NCBI GenBank assembly: GCA_964016885.1
Contig: OZ024742.1
Span: 320,726,001-320,790,000, forward strand
Reading direction: 5' to 3'
Origin: Eledone cirrhosa
Lineage: Eukaryota
Length of the DNA stretch: 64,000 bases
Position numbers and translations under genes: made by a program. Shown here piece after piece: positions 26,090 to 40,054 of this stretch (its first letter is position 1; each line of letters starts with the position of its first letter). The notes below the pieces were generated by a model. The model was not told the DNA's origin and made no database searches. It was given only the letters and a program-made list of their open reading frames with translations.

Positions 26090-26093
<4 letters not shown>

Positions 26094-27421
26094 TGGTTAC
26101 ACAACAGTTAGTTCACCATACCGAGAACAATTGTTTCACCTTCGCGGATCTTCAGCTCGGGATGTGTATGGTTATAGGTACAGGAAGGACAACCGTACGA
26201 ACGCGCATGCGCAGAAACTCGGTTACTTCACACAGGCAATACTAGACTGCGTGCGGGTGGGTGGGGTGTAAGGGAGATAACTGCGAAAGTCCGGAAAGTT
26301 TTTTGGTTGAAAATTAAATAAAAATAAAAAATAAAATTACAAAGAATCAGTCCGGAGCCCTGTAGTTATGCAATAGATGTTTGGTGACGTGTGGACAACG
26401 TGTGAAAAATTCACTTCTCGTGTTTAGTCAATTACTATTGCATAATCTCTTTAGGATAGTTATTCGTTCGTCAATACATAAGCCACACGTCGGATTTCCC
26501 CTTGCGTATGGCTTGGACTTAGTGATGGCTTTCCATTGAATGGAGTATCCTATACTTGAGTCCTTGAGGGACCATACGTGGCTCGCGAGTTTCGTGGATG
26601 AACGTCTGTCCGGGTATCTGAAGGTAGACTGGTGGTTCAGGAAACGCTCCTTGAATCGGCCCTCCGCCATGCCCACAGGATTTGACCTCCCGTGGTTCGT
26701 TTGGTCGGTTGGAAATGCCCACAGCTTCATAGATTACAGTTGGTGTGTTGCATTGTTGTTGAAGGGGGCAAGCTTCAGGCTTACGGCAAGAGCACCCTGG
26801 TGGGGTGTTGCTCCTAGGGCTGCTGGTGATGTGGGCCTTCATGTTCTTAGCGCAGGAGTATCCTATTTTAACTTTGTGTCGGTTAAAGATGGAGCGGTAT
26901 TTATGACCTATGGGGAAGTGTCTATCTAAGAGGGCTAGAAATTTTTTTCCTACATTGGTTTTAACGTTGAGTGAGAAGGGAGGAGAGAACCAGATAGTTT
27001 GTCTATTGATGCGCTTACTTTTCTTATTGCTGTTGTTGCTAGTGGGAGAGTAAGTGATAGGTTGTGAGAAGCCGCTGTTAGCCAACGCCGTGTTATAGTA
27101 GGGTGCCGCCCTGTCAAAGATAGCCTTATTAGAGGAGAGGTTTGAGATTCTAGTACTGATATTCTTAACGAAGTTTCTAAAAACAGTGGGGGGTGGGGTG
27201 GCATGAGTCCTTGTGAATGTAACTAAATTTCTCGTTTAGCTTATGGAAAGGTCAGTGGGTGTGTGTGCGAAGGTCTAAATTAATGTCTAAGAAATCTATT
27301 TTATAATATTTAACACAAACGAAGACGGGTGAGTTGCATTACGTTGAGTGCTCTTCATAATATTACATCGAGATTGACCATACGGAATGACCAGTTCTAT
27401 CCAGTGGTGAACCAACAAACC

Positions 27422-27425
<4 letters not shown>
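26090..27425 (-). mobile_element. Penelope-like element remnant (end of RT, GIY-YIG, 3' HHR) between (TA)n tracts
   Basis: IWFSPPFSLNVKTNVGKKFLALLDRHFP...IFNRHKVKIGYSC..NM; CSCRKPEACPLQQQC...VIYEA; FKERFLNHQSTF...TKLASHVWSLKD...CGLCIDE; frameshifts. Confidence 0.9.
26121..26160 (-). ncRNA. Minimal type I hammerhead ribozyme
   Basis: ccgag-CUGAAGA-ucc gcgaa ggu-GAAA-caauug-UU-cucgg. Confidence 0.85.
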
Positions 27426-27501
<76 letters not shown>

Positions 27502-27541
27502 TGCGTGCGCGTGTGTGTGAATGTGCGCGCGTGTCTGTGTG

Positions 27542-27572
<31 letters not shown>

Positions 27573-28232
27573 TTGTGTGTCTGTGTGTGTGCGCGTGTCT
27601 GTGTGTATTTGTATGTGTGCGCGCGTGTGTATGTATGTTTGTGTGTATGTGAGTAGTGATTATTAAGTTTTTTTCCACGAAGAGATCACAATATGAATTT
27701 ATAAAGTAATATAAATGAACATGACGATGATGATATTAACTACGACATCTTGAGATGATGACAGGATAAGCGCGTGAGCGTGTGAGCGGTTGGGTGGGTG
27801 AACGTGTTAGAGATGTATATGAGAAGAGTGTGTATATGAAGTAGAAGATTCCTGCTACCCCCACACATACCCATCTCTCTTATCTGACCTCCGAACTCTT
27901 AAGCCCCACTTCACTCTACCCTACACATTCCACTTACTCGGCCCCACCCACATATCCACACATTTTACCCATACACATACAGCTCACCCTCCATACAGGT
28001 TCACCTTTACACAGATCGCTTCATCTTCAAAAGTATTAAGTTACTGTCCCTCTGTCATCTTCGTGACCAAGCACAGACTGCATTTCATTTGCTCTTCTTG
28101 TTATGTTATTGCTATTGTTGTTGATATTCTTGTTGCTGCTCGTTTTATTTTGTGTTTTTCTCGCACAAAGACACACGTACCACAGTTATATAAAGATGCA
28201 GGCATACATATGTACGTATGCGTGTGTGTGCA

Positions 28233-28341
<109 letters not shown>

Positions 28342-28769
28342 CATAGTTATTTCCAGAGGGTGACTGAAGAGATGTGACTGTTCGTCTTTTCGTTGATTTT
28401 TTTCCCATAGTCTTTATCTTGTGCGCTCCCTATTTTGAATTTATATTATAAAGACTTAGACATGAAGGGCTTTTTTTAAAACTATCATATAATAGACATC
28501 ACACCGCCCGGCCTGTTTTCCTCTATTCTCCCTTCTTATCTTTTCTACGCCCCAGTGTCATTCTTCTTTGGCTACATGTCCTTATTATACTCTTCTGTTT
28601 TACTATTCTCTCCTTTCGTCCGCAAGGGCAGTGACACCGGAGACCGGACACTGACGTAACCGTATCAGGCGGGTAAAGTGGCTTGTTGTCAACCGGTGTC
28701 ATGAAACTGGACGTGGCATAACCCCTCAGCAGCCCGTCGTATACAGGCGTCGAAATCCGTGAGTGTAAC

Positions 28770-28985
28770 AAGATATACGTCGGTCAGGTTCAGCCTGCTC
28801 TTCAGAGTTTCGAACTGGCGAAATCTGGACCTGATGGTAGAGTGAATAGCAGGCGGGAGGATCGGTGAACCGAGGATTAGAATGTCCTCTTTTGGGGTCA
28901 CCTACACCCGGTGAGGTATTGATCGTGCGTCCGAGACGGAAGCTGCGAAGCCTTCTGCGTCGGAATTGATGTTCACAACTTCTAT
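28770..28985 (-). pseudogene. Possible CRE-like RT thumb fragment
   Basis: VTPKEDILILGSPILPPAI...LKSRL resembles the LLG(S/A)PI region of CRE RTs. Confidence 0.4.
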
Positions 28986-29039
28986 TGGACGAGTTGATTT
29001 CGATTTCACCTGAGCGGGAATCATTGATTGTCCTGCAGC

Positions 29040-29195
29040 TTACAGCTTTAGATCATCCATATACAGGAAATAGTTAATTTTCTTATTATATCATTTATAT
29101 CCAGGTCCAGTCCGGTTTAGTATCTCAGATAATGGTGTCAATACTAGGCAGGAAGAGTTGTAAACGGGAGTCCATTTGAAATGTTCCTCTGTTAA
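29040..29195 (-). pseudogene. R4/Dong-like RT fragment
   Basis: GTFQMDS...FCLVLTPLSEILNRTGPGYK...INYFLYMDDLKL, compare GIFQGDSLSPL.FC...LYMDDLKL. Confidence 0.65.
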
Positions 29196-29204
29196 ATGGA
29201 ATGG

Positions 29205-29385
29205 GCTCCATGCTTCATAGCATATAGTTACGGCTCTTTACGTTCTGAATTTCAATCCGGCCGAGGTTAGCTTTGCCCTTTCATCCTTGCGGAGTCGATA
29301 AATAAAGCACCAGTAGCACTGGGATCGATTTAATCGACTGCCCTCTCCCCTTCAAATTGTTGGCCTTGTGTCTAAAGTAGTAACA
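29205..29385 (+). mobile_element. Meta-core SINE
   Basis: ctttcatccttgcggagtcgataaataaagcaccag core. Confidence 0.8.
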
Positions 29386-29662
29386 ATTATTGTTGTTATT
29401 TAATCTAGTATGAAAGGCACGATGTGTTGATTTAAACCAAGTATTTAACCAAGTTATAAACGTGAGAGAACAGCTCTTGTTCAGATTAGAACACCTCATC
29501 TATTCTTCATTATCTCTGTTAATTATCACTTTCTCTCTTCTCTTTCTCTCTATAGCACTCACAACATTTCTCCCCCATTTAACCTCTCCTCTCTCTACTT
29601 CTTTTTGTTCATATGTATATATATATATGTGTGTATGTGTGTGTTTGAGTTTGTTTGTGGTG

Positions 29663-29716
<54 letters not shown>

Positions 29717-29821
29717 TAGTTGTATTAGTAGTATGACGTAGGTGAACGCCCTTAATTAGATGAGCCAAAGTCGGTTAAAATATGATAATCTCTCACAAAC
29801 ATGTCTTTCTTTTTTACATAC

Positions 29822-29949
<128 letters not shown>

Positions 29950-31014
29950 ACACATACATATACACATGATCGGATATATATGTGTGTTTGTGTGTGTGTG
30001 TGTATGTATATAATGTATGTTTATATATATATATATTATACACACACACACATATTTGCGCATAATTTCCTCCAAACACACGCTCAGAAACACATACATA
30101 CACGCAAACGCAGTCACATACACATATACACGCACACATATATAATACGTGCGTGCTGTGATTAATATTCCTGGGGTGTTTAGAGCTAAGGTATTGGTGT
30201 TGAGGTTTATGCTGGCTTCTGTCATTAACCCTTCAGCATTTAAACCGGCCATATCCAGCCAGAATTCTCTCACATCTTTCTGTTTCAGCCGGCTGTAACC
30301 GGCCACTCATGCGATGTTGAATATTGTTCTCAAAATAAATAATATCGAAATCTATAGAGTCGATATTATGTGAGATAATTATGTGAGGTAAAGCCTTTAC
30401 CATGAAAATATAATAGTATATATAGTATAATGTAATTGGTAATGTGTTAATGTTGATGTTGTAGAACTGGAGTTTGTGTTTGGGTTAATTCCTAGGTTTC
30501 CGATAAGGAGTATTATGATGGCGGCGGTGGTGATCGTGGTAGCTGTTGTTGTGGTGATAGTAGTGGCGGTGACGAGGGACTGCGTGGCGGTGACGATAGC
30601 GAAGATGGGTGGGGGCATGTGGTGGTGGTAGTGGTGGTCTTTGTGGTTGTGTGATTTAATGGAGATTTGGTTGCCATTTCTAACAGGGACAGCGACCATG
30701 TTACTATTGTTATCATCACCCTGATCACCCTCACCACCACCACCACCACCACTACCACGATGGACCTGTCCCATACATGATAGCAGTTGTTCGACAAAAA
30801 TTTACGATCTGTTATGCACGGACGCTGGGCGATAGTATGCAGGACTGTTTCGTCGTCCTGTGTGCATCTCGGGCAGGTCCGTTTGTTGACATTTCAGTGT
30901 CTTTAGAGCTTGTCAGGAATTGGTAATGCTTCTCTGTAACACTGCCATGACTACTTTAAAAAAAAAATTATCCATAATCCCTTAAAATAAATTACCCAAA
31001 GTCCTTCAGAAGTG

Positions 31015-31385
31015 TCTGCTCGTAGACGCCCTCAGTCATTTCCAGACCACCGTCGCTCAAAGAAACCTTGGGCAGTTCCCAGACAACCGTCGCTCAAAGA
31101 AACCTTCGATCATTCCCAGGCCATCATCGCTCATAGACGTCTTGAACCGTTCCCAGGCCATCGTTGATGCACTCAACCGTTCCCAAGCCATCGTCGCTCA
31201 TAGACACCTTGAACCGTTCGCAGACCATCGTTGCTCATAGACGCGTTGAGCCGTTCCCAGGGCATCGTCGCTCACATACGCTTTGAGCCGTTCCCAGACC
31301 ATCGTTGCTCATAGACGCTTTGAGCCGTTCCCAGGGCATCGTCGTTCATAGACGCCTTCAGCCACTTCCAGGCCATCGTCGCTAA
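31015..31385. repeat. 37-bp minisatellite (~9-10 degenerate copies)
   Basis: ccgttcccagaccatcgtcgctcatagacgcnttgag with period 37 (31251, 31288, 31325). Confidence 0.9.
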
Positions 31386-31494
31386 TATCATTCACTAAGC
31401 ATCTATTAAAAGCAAGCCTTATTTTTCGGCTGCTAATCGCATTGTCCAGCTTGTAAATTGCCGAAAACGCCTGGCAGAAATATGGATGCTTAAC

Positions 31495-31793
31495 ATTGGT
31501 GGATTGGTAGTATCGGTAGAGAGTCGGACACCATGCTTTGAAGCATAGAGTTACGTCCCTTTATGATCTGAGTTCAAATCCCGCCGAGGTTAACTTTGCC
31601 TTTCATCCTTACGGGGTCGATAAAATAAAGTACCAGTAATACACTGGGTAATTGCTGGCCTTGTGCCAAAAGTAGAAACAATTATTATTTATAATAATTG
31701 TTTCTACTTTTGGCACAAGGCCAGCAATTACACAGTACATTACTGGTACTTTATTTTATCGACCTCGTAAGGATGAAAGGCAAAGTCAACCTC
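31495..31793. mobile_element. Meta-core SINE followed by an inverted partial copy (tail-to-tail)
   Basis: 31587-31686 is approximately the reverse complement of 31693-31793. Confidence 0.85.
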
Positions 31794-32678
31794 ATAATAA
31801 TGAAGATAACAATTCTTCGAAAGTGAACCAATGAAGTTTATTAATAATTATAGTATAAATATGACTAATGATAATAGTAATAATGATATTATTATTTATG
31901 CTACTAATGGTTTCTTTATTAAGCACACGGGTTTACATATAACAATATTAATAATAATAATGTGTTTTGAAAGGATGTATTTTTGCAATTTCTATGATAT
32001 GATGGTCTCAGCTGGATATGGTGAATCTTTAGAGGACACGACTTGATTAAGATGATATCTGTGTGATTATATTAGTTATAATGGTGGTGGTTGTGGCGGT
32101 GGTGGTGGTGGTGGTGGTGGTTGTGGCGGCGGTGGTGGCGGTGGTGGTGGTTGTGGCGGTGGTGGTGGTGGTGGTGGTGGTGGTGGTGATGATAGTAGTG
32201 ATGGTGGTGATCGTGGTGATTGCAATGTTGGTGATGGTGGTGTTGATGATGGTGGTGGAAGTGGTGAAATTTGTAGTTCTGATGATGATGATGGTGGTGG
32301 TGGTGGTATTGGCGGCCGAAGAGACTATAGTTATGTTTGTGGTGATGGTGGTGGCGTCGATGGGGGGTGTTAGCACTGCTGCTGATTATGAGGATGTTGG
32401 TTATGTTGGTTATGGTGTTAATAGTGGTAGTTGATGCCAGATGCGGGGAGAGTCACTTGAAGTATGAGAGAAAGAGAGTGAGGGAGAGTAGGGAGAGGTG
32501 AAGAAAAGGGAGAGAGGGGTGGGGGAGAGGAAGGAAGGGAGAGGGAGGTGAGTGAGGGAGAGGAGGCGTGACAGGAGAGAGACAGAGAGAGAGGTGTATG
32601 CGTATATAGATATGTATACATGAACTTACATACACAATCACACGCACACATACTCACAGTCATGCACACACGTACGTA

Positions 32679-32751
<73 letters not shown>

Positions 32752-33397
32752 TTATAGATGTATATATACATAAACATGTGAGATGTATCAGAAATATTTC
32801 AAATCCAAACCACAAGTCCTGCACGTTGAAGGCCCGCTTCTGGCGTCGTCATCCACGTCCTCTTGTCACTTTTTGAGCCTTTTGTGTCACTCGAAAACCC
32901 GTGAGGGTGGTATTATCGCGTTTCCGTACATTTGCAGTATTCTGAGTGCTTCAATGAATATTGAAACTCTACTTTTCTCTCAGCCGTCAACCACATAGGA
33001 TATATATGTATATATCTCACTCACTCACTGTTTCACCCCTTCTCACTTCCCCCCGTTCGCGACGAAAACGATTTTCCTTCTTTCTTACATCGGATTCATC
33101 TCGAAAGATCTATTTCTTACTCGCTCATATATTCACCCAGCTTATACTGATAGAATAACTATGTAGCTTGTGTTTCTTCCTATCTTCGGTTAGCTTTCCC
33201 CTGTGTTGTTTACTTGTCTCACTCGCTTTACGCGTTTTAATTGTCCTAATAACTTATTTTAGTTATTATTGCACCGACGTGAGGTATATGATTTTTAATG
33301 CAATGAAATACCAATGACCGTTGGCAAATCACTGATGAGGGACTCATTTTATAACATGTTATCCATGTACAACCAGCAGTATTCTTCTCCCCATATT

Positions 33398-33444
<47 letters not shown>

Positions 33445-33447
<3 letters not shown>

Positions 33448-33951
33448 AATAGAATGAAACGAAATTTCATTTCTCACTCTTAGTACGGCACTTACTTAAT
33501 ACATACATACTTACATTTAAGTAAGTGCGGTACTAAGAGTGAGAAATGAAATTTCGTTTCATTCTATTCCATTTATCGTTTTCGGTGCGCCCAGCCGACT
33601 GAACTCACTCGATATGCAAATTAGGCTGCTCAGCCGTTAATATGCATAAGGAAAGTATATACTCTCAGACGTTCAACCATCTGGCAGGAAGGTATACGAT
33701 GCTGACGATAGCTAATAAGCTTGAAACTAGTGCATCATTCCTGTGTCAGTGTTGAGCAAAAAGGTGACGTGGTTGCCTAACCACTGTACGGCGTAATTCG
33801 GGCTGTTTGTTTGTTTACAAACAAACAAACCGAGCATTATAATAAATGTTCGGTAAACCGATACGTTCATATATATATATGTGTGCATGTATGTATATAT
33901 ATACATACTACTGTACGTCTGTATACATATATGTATGTACGTATACATACA

Positions 33952-33955
<4 letters not shown>
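33445..33955 (+). repeat. Interspersed ~430-bp family with an inverted 5' end; tandem copies at 40920-41610
   Basis: 33445-33499 is the reverse complement of 33517-33571; body matches 41130-41545. Confidence 0.8.
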
Positions 33956-33990
<35 letters not shown>

Positions 33991-34221
33991 TGTATATAGA
34001 TGTATTTAATTATGTCTACAGCCGGCTATCTGCAAAATACAATATAGTTAGCACCTCAAACATATAATTAGGGTTATACTCAGGTATATCCTAATGTTTG
34101 TTGAGTGAGATGGATGTCGGTCGGAGTATTGCTTAAAGCTTTCTCTGTTAATATATTAAGTATATATATATATATATATTTGTGTTTATATATTATTGGC
34201 AACATGACCCTCCCAAAGCAT

Positions 34222-34304
<83 letters not shown>

Positions 34305-34581
34305 TTTATCCCGGGTTCAATCGGGAGTAACCACAGTAAGTAAGGTACTCAATACATAGCAGAGTATAAATATTTAATATAGAAATGGCTTCTACAGGAC
34401 TAGAACTGTTTCATTCGGGAGAAATCATATATATATATATGTGTATGTGTACGTGTGTGTGTGTATGTGCGTGTGTCTGTATGTGTGTGTGTGTTTGTGT
34501 TTGTGTGTATGTGTGTGTGTGTGTGTGTCTGTGTGTTTGTGCGTGTGTCTGTGTGTGTGTGTGTGTGTCGGTGTGTCTGTC

Positions 34582-34628
<47 letters not shown>

Positions 34629-34728
34629 GTCTGTGTGTGTGTGTGTGCGTCGGTGCGTCAGTCTGTATATATATGTGTGTGTGTGTGTGTCTGTGTCTGT
34701 GTGTTTGTGCGTATGTGTGTGTGTGTGT

Positions 34729-34833
<105 letters not shown>

Positions 34834-35102
34834 AGTGGAAGACTTAGCTTTATTGTCGCTTTGTATCTTATGTTATTTGTTTATTCCTTAATAATTAAAG
34901 CATTAAAAACTACACGTACGGCTCTCAGATTCACGTTCCTGTTCTACGTATCGAAACCGTACAAACTTGTAGTGAGCAGCTGAAGAAGAGGACATTGTTG
35001 TCTATGTTGTTTCTTTGTGTTGCCGTATATTTTATATATTTTCCTTATTTGTTTATGCTTATTTTGATCTACCTACCTACCTACCTACAAACCTACCTAC
35101 AT

Positions 35103-35144
<42 letters not shown>

Positions 35145-35165
35145 GTATATATACATGATATACAC

Positions 35166-35213
<48 letters not shown>

Positions 35214-35439
35214 TTAGGGTAAATATTGATGCAATTCAATCAAGCACTCAACGTAGTTATTCCACATAGGAGTGACGGAGTAATTATCGAATAAGGAAAA
35301 GCGAAGTAGTTTCGAAGTGGCCACACTGTTTCGCGAAACTGGCGCACAGAACAGTGCGGCCACTTTCGCCATTGAAATATATATCACAGTATTATTATTA
35401 AAAGACTTGAACATCTGAAACTACTTCGCTTTTCCTTAT

Positions 35440-35495
<56 letters not shown>

Positions 35496-35542
35496 CATAC
35501 ATATATATACATGATATATATATATATACATACATACACATA

Positions 35543-35605
<63 letters not shown>

Positions 35606-35633
35606 GATATATATATATACATACATACACATA

Positions 35634-35751
<118 letters not shown>

Positions 35752-36109
35752 TGGAGATGGGGAGGCGTAGAAGAACAGGTCAAAGTTTTAAAACCAGTTT
35801 TGTTCAGAATTACAATTACAAAGTGCATATACACACACAACCACATATACATACACTCACAGACACACAAACACACACACAGGTATACATACGTGTATAC
35901 CTGTGTGTGTGTACACACACACACATACAGATACGTTCACACATACAATAACACGCACTCATATACACCACCTCACGTACAAAGCTGCTTCTTCTTCTTC
36001 TTCTTCTTCTTCTTGAGAGGGCTGTCGGGGAAGAGTCCTCAAACACTCCCTCTAGCGGGTCCTGTCAGAAGCAACTGTTTCCAACTGATCCGGCTGGTTC
36101 CCAAAGCGT

Positions 36110-36800
36110 GACAAGCCGAGCTCATTGATATTATTCAACCATCTTGCTCGGGGTCTACCCCTGGGTCTCCTGCCGTTTGGTTTTGCCCATAAAATCTGCC
36201 CAGCGATCCTTTCCTGAGGCATTCTAACCACATGCCCATAGTATCGGAGCTCTGATCTCCTAGTTCGGTGAAGTAGCGGCTCTACCTGGAGTGACTCTGA
36301 TATCCGAGTTACGCACTCTATCGAGTAACGTTACACCAAAGACCCTACGGTGAAACCCAATTACGGCCACTTTTATTCGCGATTGTATTATTTCAGTCAT
36401 TACCCAAGATTTATGACCATAGGTAAGGGTTGGCACGAATACCGAATTGAAGATAGTGAGTTTGGCTTTTACGCCTACCTCCTCCCTTCTTCTAATTACC
36501 GAGTGCTGACGCTGGCGCATTACTGCACAAGCTCCTACAATTCTTGAACTTAATTCAGCCTCCTGCCTTCCATCACTCGTAAACACGGCCCCGAGATACT
36601 TGAATTTCTCCACTTGCTTCAGTGAAATCCATTCATATGTAGTGTGCACTTCCTTGAGAGGACGAGTGTCTCGGATTTCGCTGCACTGATTTTCATTCCA
36701 GCCATGCAGCACTCGGCATCAAACCTATCAAGTACAAGTTAAAGATCATCTTCTGTCGAGTTAAGTAACACCATGCCGTTTGCAAATTCCAGCCGACAGA
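36110..36800 (-). pseudogene. Rex3-like (RTE clade) RT C-terminal fragment
   Basis: LKQVEKFKYLGAVFTSDGRQEAELSSRI...KAKLTIFNSVFVPTLTYG..SWVM...DRVRNSDIR; downstream LRYYGHVVRM, GRRPRGRPR. Confidence 0.85.
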
Positions 36801-36847
36801 TTTTACACCTATCAGTCGTGATACTACTTCCAACCTGTTCATGAAAA

Positions 36848-37037
36848 TAATTGTTTTTACTTTTGGCACAAGGCCAGCAATTATCCCAGTGTATTACTGG
36901 TGCTTTATTTTATCGACCCCGTAAGGATGATAGGCAAAGTTAACCTCGGCGGGATTTGAACTCACACCATAAAGGGCCATAAATCTTTGCTGCAAAACAT
37001 GGCGTCAAACCCTCTACCGATACTGCCAATCCACCAT
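36848..37037 (-). mobile_element. Meta-core SINE
   Basis: Same consensus as 19186-19375. Confidence 0.85.
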
Positions 37038-38057
37038 AATGAGCAGGGGAGATGGTTGGATAACATCCATGAGCTTGGCTGGTCAGTTGCTTCTGACAAG
37101 TCCCGCTGCAAGGAGTGTCTGAGGACTCTGTCCCACGACTCTCTCAGGAATAAGTGGGCGAAGAAGAGAAGATACACACACATATATATACATGTGTATA
37201 TGTGTATATATATATATGTGTGTGTGTATACGTGTGTGTATATATATATATATATATATACATGTGTATATATATATTTATATGTATGTGTGTATGTACA
37301 AGCACACATATATACACTCACATACACAAATACACACACATGCACATATACACATGATAGTACTAATGATAACATTAACAACAACAACGGCGACGACGAT
37401 AACCACAAGAGCACACCTGTACAGTCAGACAGATTAAGTTATTTGAATTACAAAGTATTTTGTGGTAGTTGTAAGAACAAAAGTTATTTTCAGTCTTAAC
37501 TTGTTATCTCTTATCAAGTCGGCCTTGTATTATTTTCACATCTTCTCGGGTCAAACGAGCGATAATTTAAGAGACGCCATTTTATTTTATAATTCCTTTG
37601 TGTTGCTGTTGTTGTTGTTGTTGTTCTTCTTCTTCTTCTTCTTCTTCAATTTTACTTTAATAATTTATTTATTTCGTGACTTTCTCAAATTGACTGTTGC
37701 TTTGACAGTTGTTGTTGCTGTTATGTTACTACTATTGCTGTTACTGTTATTGCTGTTAGTGTTGTTGCTGCTGTTGCTTTCACTCCTGCTGCTGTTGTTG
37801 TTGGTTGTTCACTTGGTGTTGTTGCTGCTGGTGTTACTGTGGTTGTTGGTTGGTTGTTTTAGTTATTATTATTGCTGTTGGTGTTGGTACTGCTGTTTTT
37901 GTTGTTATTTCCGTTAGTGTTGCTTTTAATTCGTTTTTCTTTGTTATTGATATTACTTTTATCCCACAGGCTATATCGGATCGTTCAAACCTATAATCAA
38001 AAGCATCCCAGACATGACCATACCATCAAGTCTTTTGTTTGTTTATTTTTAATGATA

Positions 38058-38465
38058 ATAATTCTTTCTACTTTTGGGACAAAGCCAGCAATTATCCCAG
38101 TGAATTAATAGTACTTTATGACGTAAGGATGAAAGGCAAAGCTAACCTCGGCGGGATTTGAACTCAGACCGTAAAGGGCCGTAACTCTATGCTGCAAAAC
38201 ATGGCGTACGACCCTCTACCGATACTGGCAATCCATCGCCTAATAAGGTCTTCTAGTATAGGCACAAGGCCAGTAATTTATGGGGGAGGGGACAGTCAAT
38301 TAAATTGACCCCAGTACGTTACTGGTACTTTATTTTATCGACCCCGTAAGGACGAAAGGAAAAGTTAACCTCGACGGGATTTGAACTCAGACCGTAAAGG
38401 GCCATAACTCTATGCTGCAAAGCATGGTGTCCGACTCTCTACCGATACTACCAATCCATCGCCTA
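38058..38465 (-). mobile_element. Two tandem Meta-core SINEs
   Basis: Two copies of ...aacctcggcgggatttgaactcagaccgtaaagggcc...aatccatcgcc. Confidence 0.85.
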
Positions 38466-38803
38466 ATAATAATAATATTCACCTTTCAACAAAGTGTCAG
38501 GAAAGCAGCACTTCCTGTATCTTCAAGTGAAACTTAAAAAAGTTAATCAAGAAAATGCCTTTCCTCAACTCTTTCTAGTTCATCCACCACACAAAGTCAT
38601 TCGGCCATTAATCGCATACATGAAACTGACTGGCCTATCTGCTGATATGCAAATCTAGCTGATCAGTAGATCTGCTAATATGCAGATCTGACTGATCAGC
38701 CAGTCTGCTAATATGTAAATCAGGACGATCAGTCACTGTATATTCCAGAAAATATCATATATTTTCACTAGCTCTGACAGGACAGTTGGCAGGTAAGCAG
38801 TAT

Positions 38804-38850
38804 ACGGAACTGATGAAGGGTAATCACGCAGAAACAGTGGTGTCTGCCGT
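38804..38850 (+). ncRNA. Degenerate type I hammerhead motif
   Basis: acggaa-CTGATGA-agggtaatcacgca-GAAA-cagtggtg-TC-tgccgt; core intact, stems have mismatches. Confidence 0.5.
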
Positions 38851-38894
38851 TCTGTTTATATGCCAACACAAGAGCAAGAATGACGGAGTCATTC

Positions 38895-38956
<62 letters not shown>

Positions 38957-39021
38957 ATATAAAATAAAATAAAAATGGCGTGAACATTACAATACAACAC
39001 AATAGGAGGAAACATGATAAT

Positions 39022-39070
39022 AGTACCACTGATGATGTTGCAGATGTGCAACGAAAGAACTTTGTTAGAC
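39022..39070 (+). ncRNA. Degenerate type I hammerhead motif
   Basis: tacca-CTGATGA-tgttgca gatg tgcaac-GAAA-gaac-TT-tgtta, adjacent to (TA)n. Confidence 0.55.
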
Positions 39071-39251
39071 TATATATATATATTTATATCTGTATTTTTA
39101 ACCGTTGGTCAGTCAATGATAAACATTGATTGCCAAATAAATTAACTATGGAGATATAAAAGATACAGAAGCGAAAACCAACCAAACAGTGAGTGTGTTC
39201 TGTTACTATTTCTGGCAATATTATTACAACAATATGACCCTCCCCAAGTAT

Positions 39252-39349
<98 letters not shown>

Positions 39350-39453
39350 TTATATATATGCATATATATATATATATATACGTATATAGTAATAACAATA
39401 AATTTGTATATAGTAATAACAATATATATACGTATATATATATATATATATAC

Positions 39454-39521
<68 letters not shown>

Positions 39522-39623
39522 GTATATAGTAATATCAATAAATTCAGAAGATCCCGTTAAGGGTGAAAGCAGCGACTCTTTGCTTAAACTTTAATCTGTT
39601 ATTTTAATAAATATATATATAAG

Positions 39624-39707
<84 letters not shown>

Positions 39708-39721
39708 TTTATATATATATA

Positions 39722-39757
<36 letters not shown>

Positions 39758-39771
39758 TTTATATATATATA

Positions 39772-39803
<32 letters not shown>

Positions 39804-39823
39804 AGAAAAATGGAGTGTTGCTA

Positions 39824-39881
<58 letters not shown>

Positions 39882-40054
39882 AAAAATGGAGTGTTGCGTG
39901 GTTGCACATGGGTTACATATGAATAAAATTAGTCCTTCATCAATGATCTTCCAACCTTCATTGGTATTTCATCGCTTTAAAAATCATATACCTCTGGTTG
40001 GTGCGAGCAATAACTAAATAAAGTTATTGGGACAAGTAAAATAGGGTGAAGCGA

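Noticed and set aside
31015-31385. CRISPR-like array
   Set aside because: Contiguous tandem units without unique spacers, no cas genes, eukaryotic context
33328-33365. ctgatga motif as a hammerhead
   Set aside because: No downstream GAAA or stem II
34945-35015. cgaaa...ctgaaga as a type II/III hammerhead
   Set aside because: Could not form stems II and III around the core
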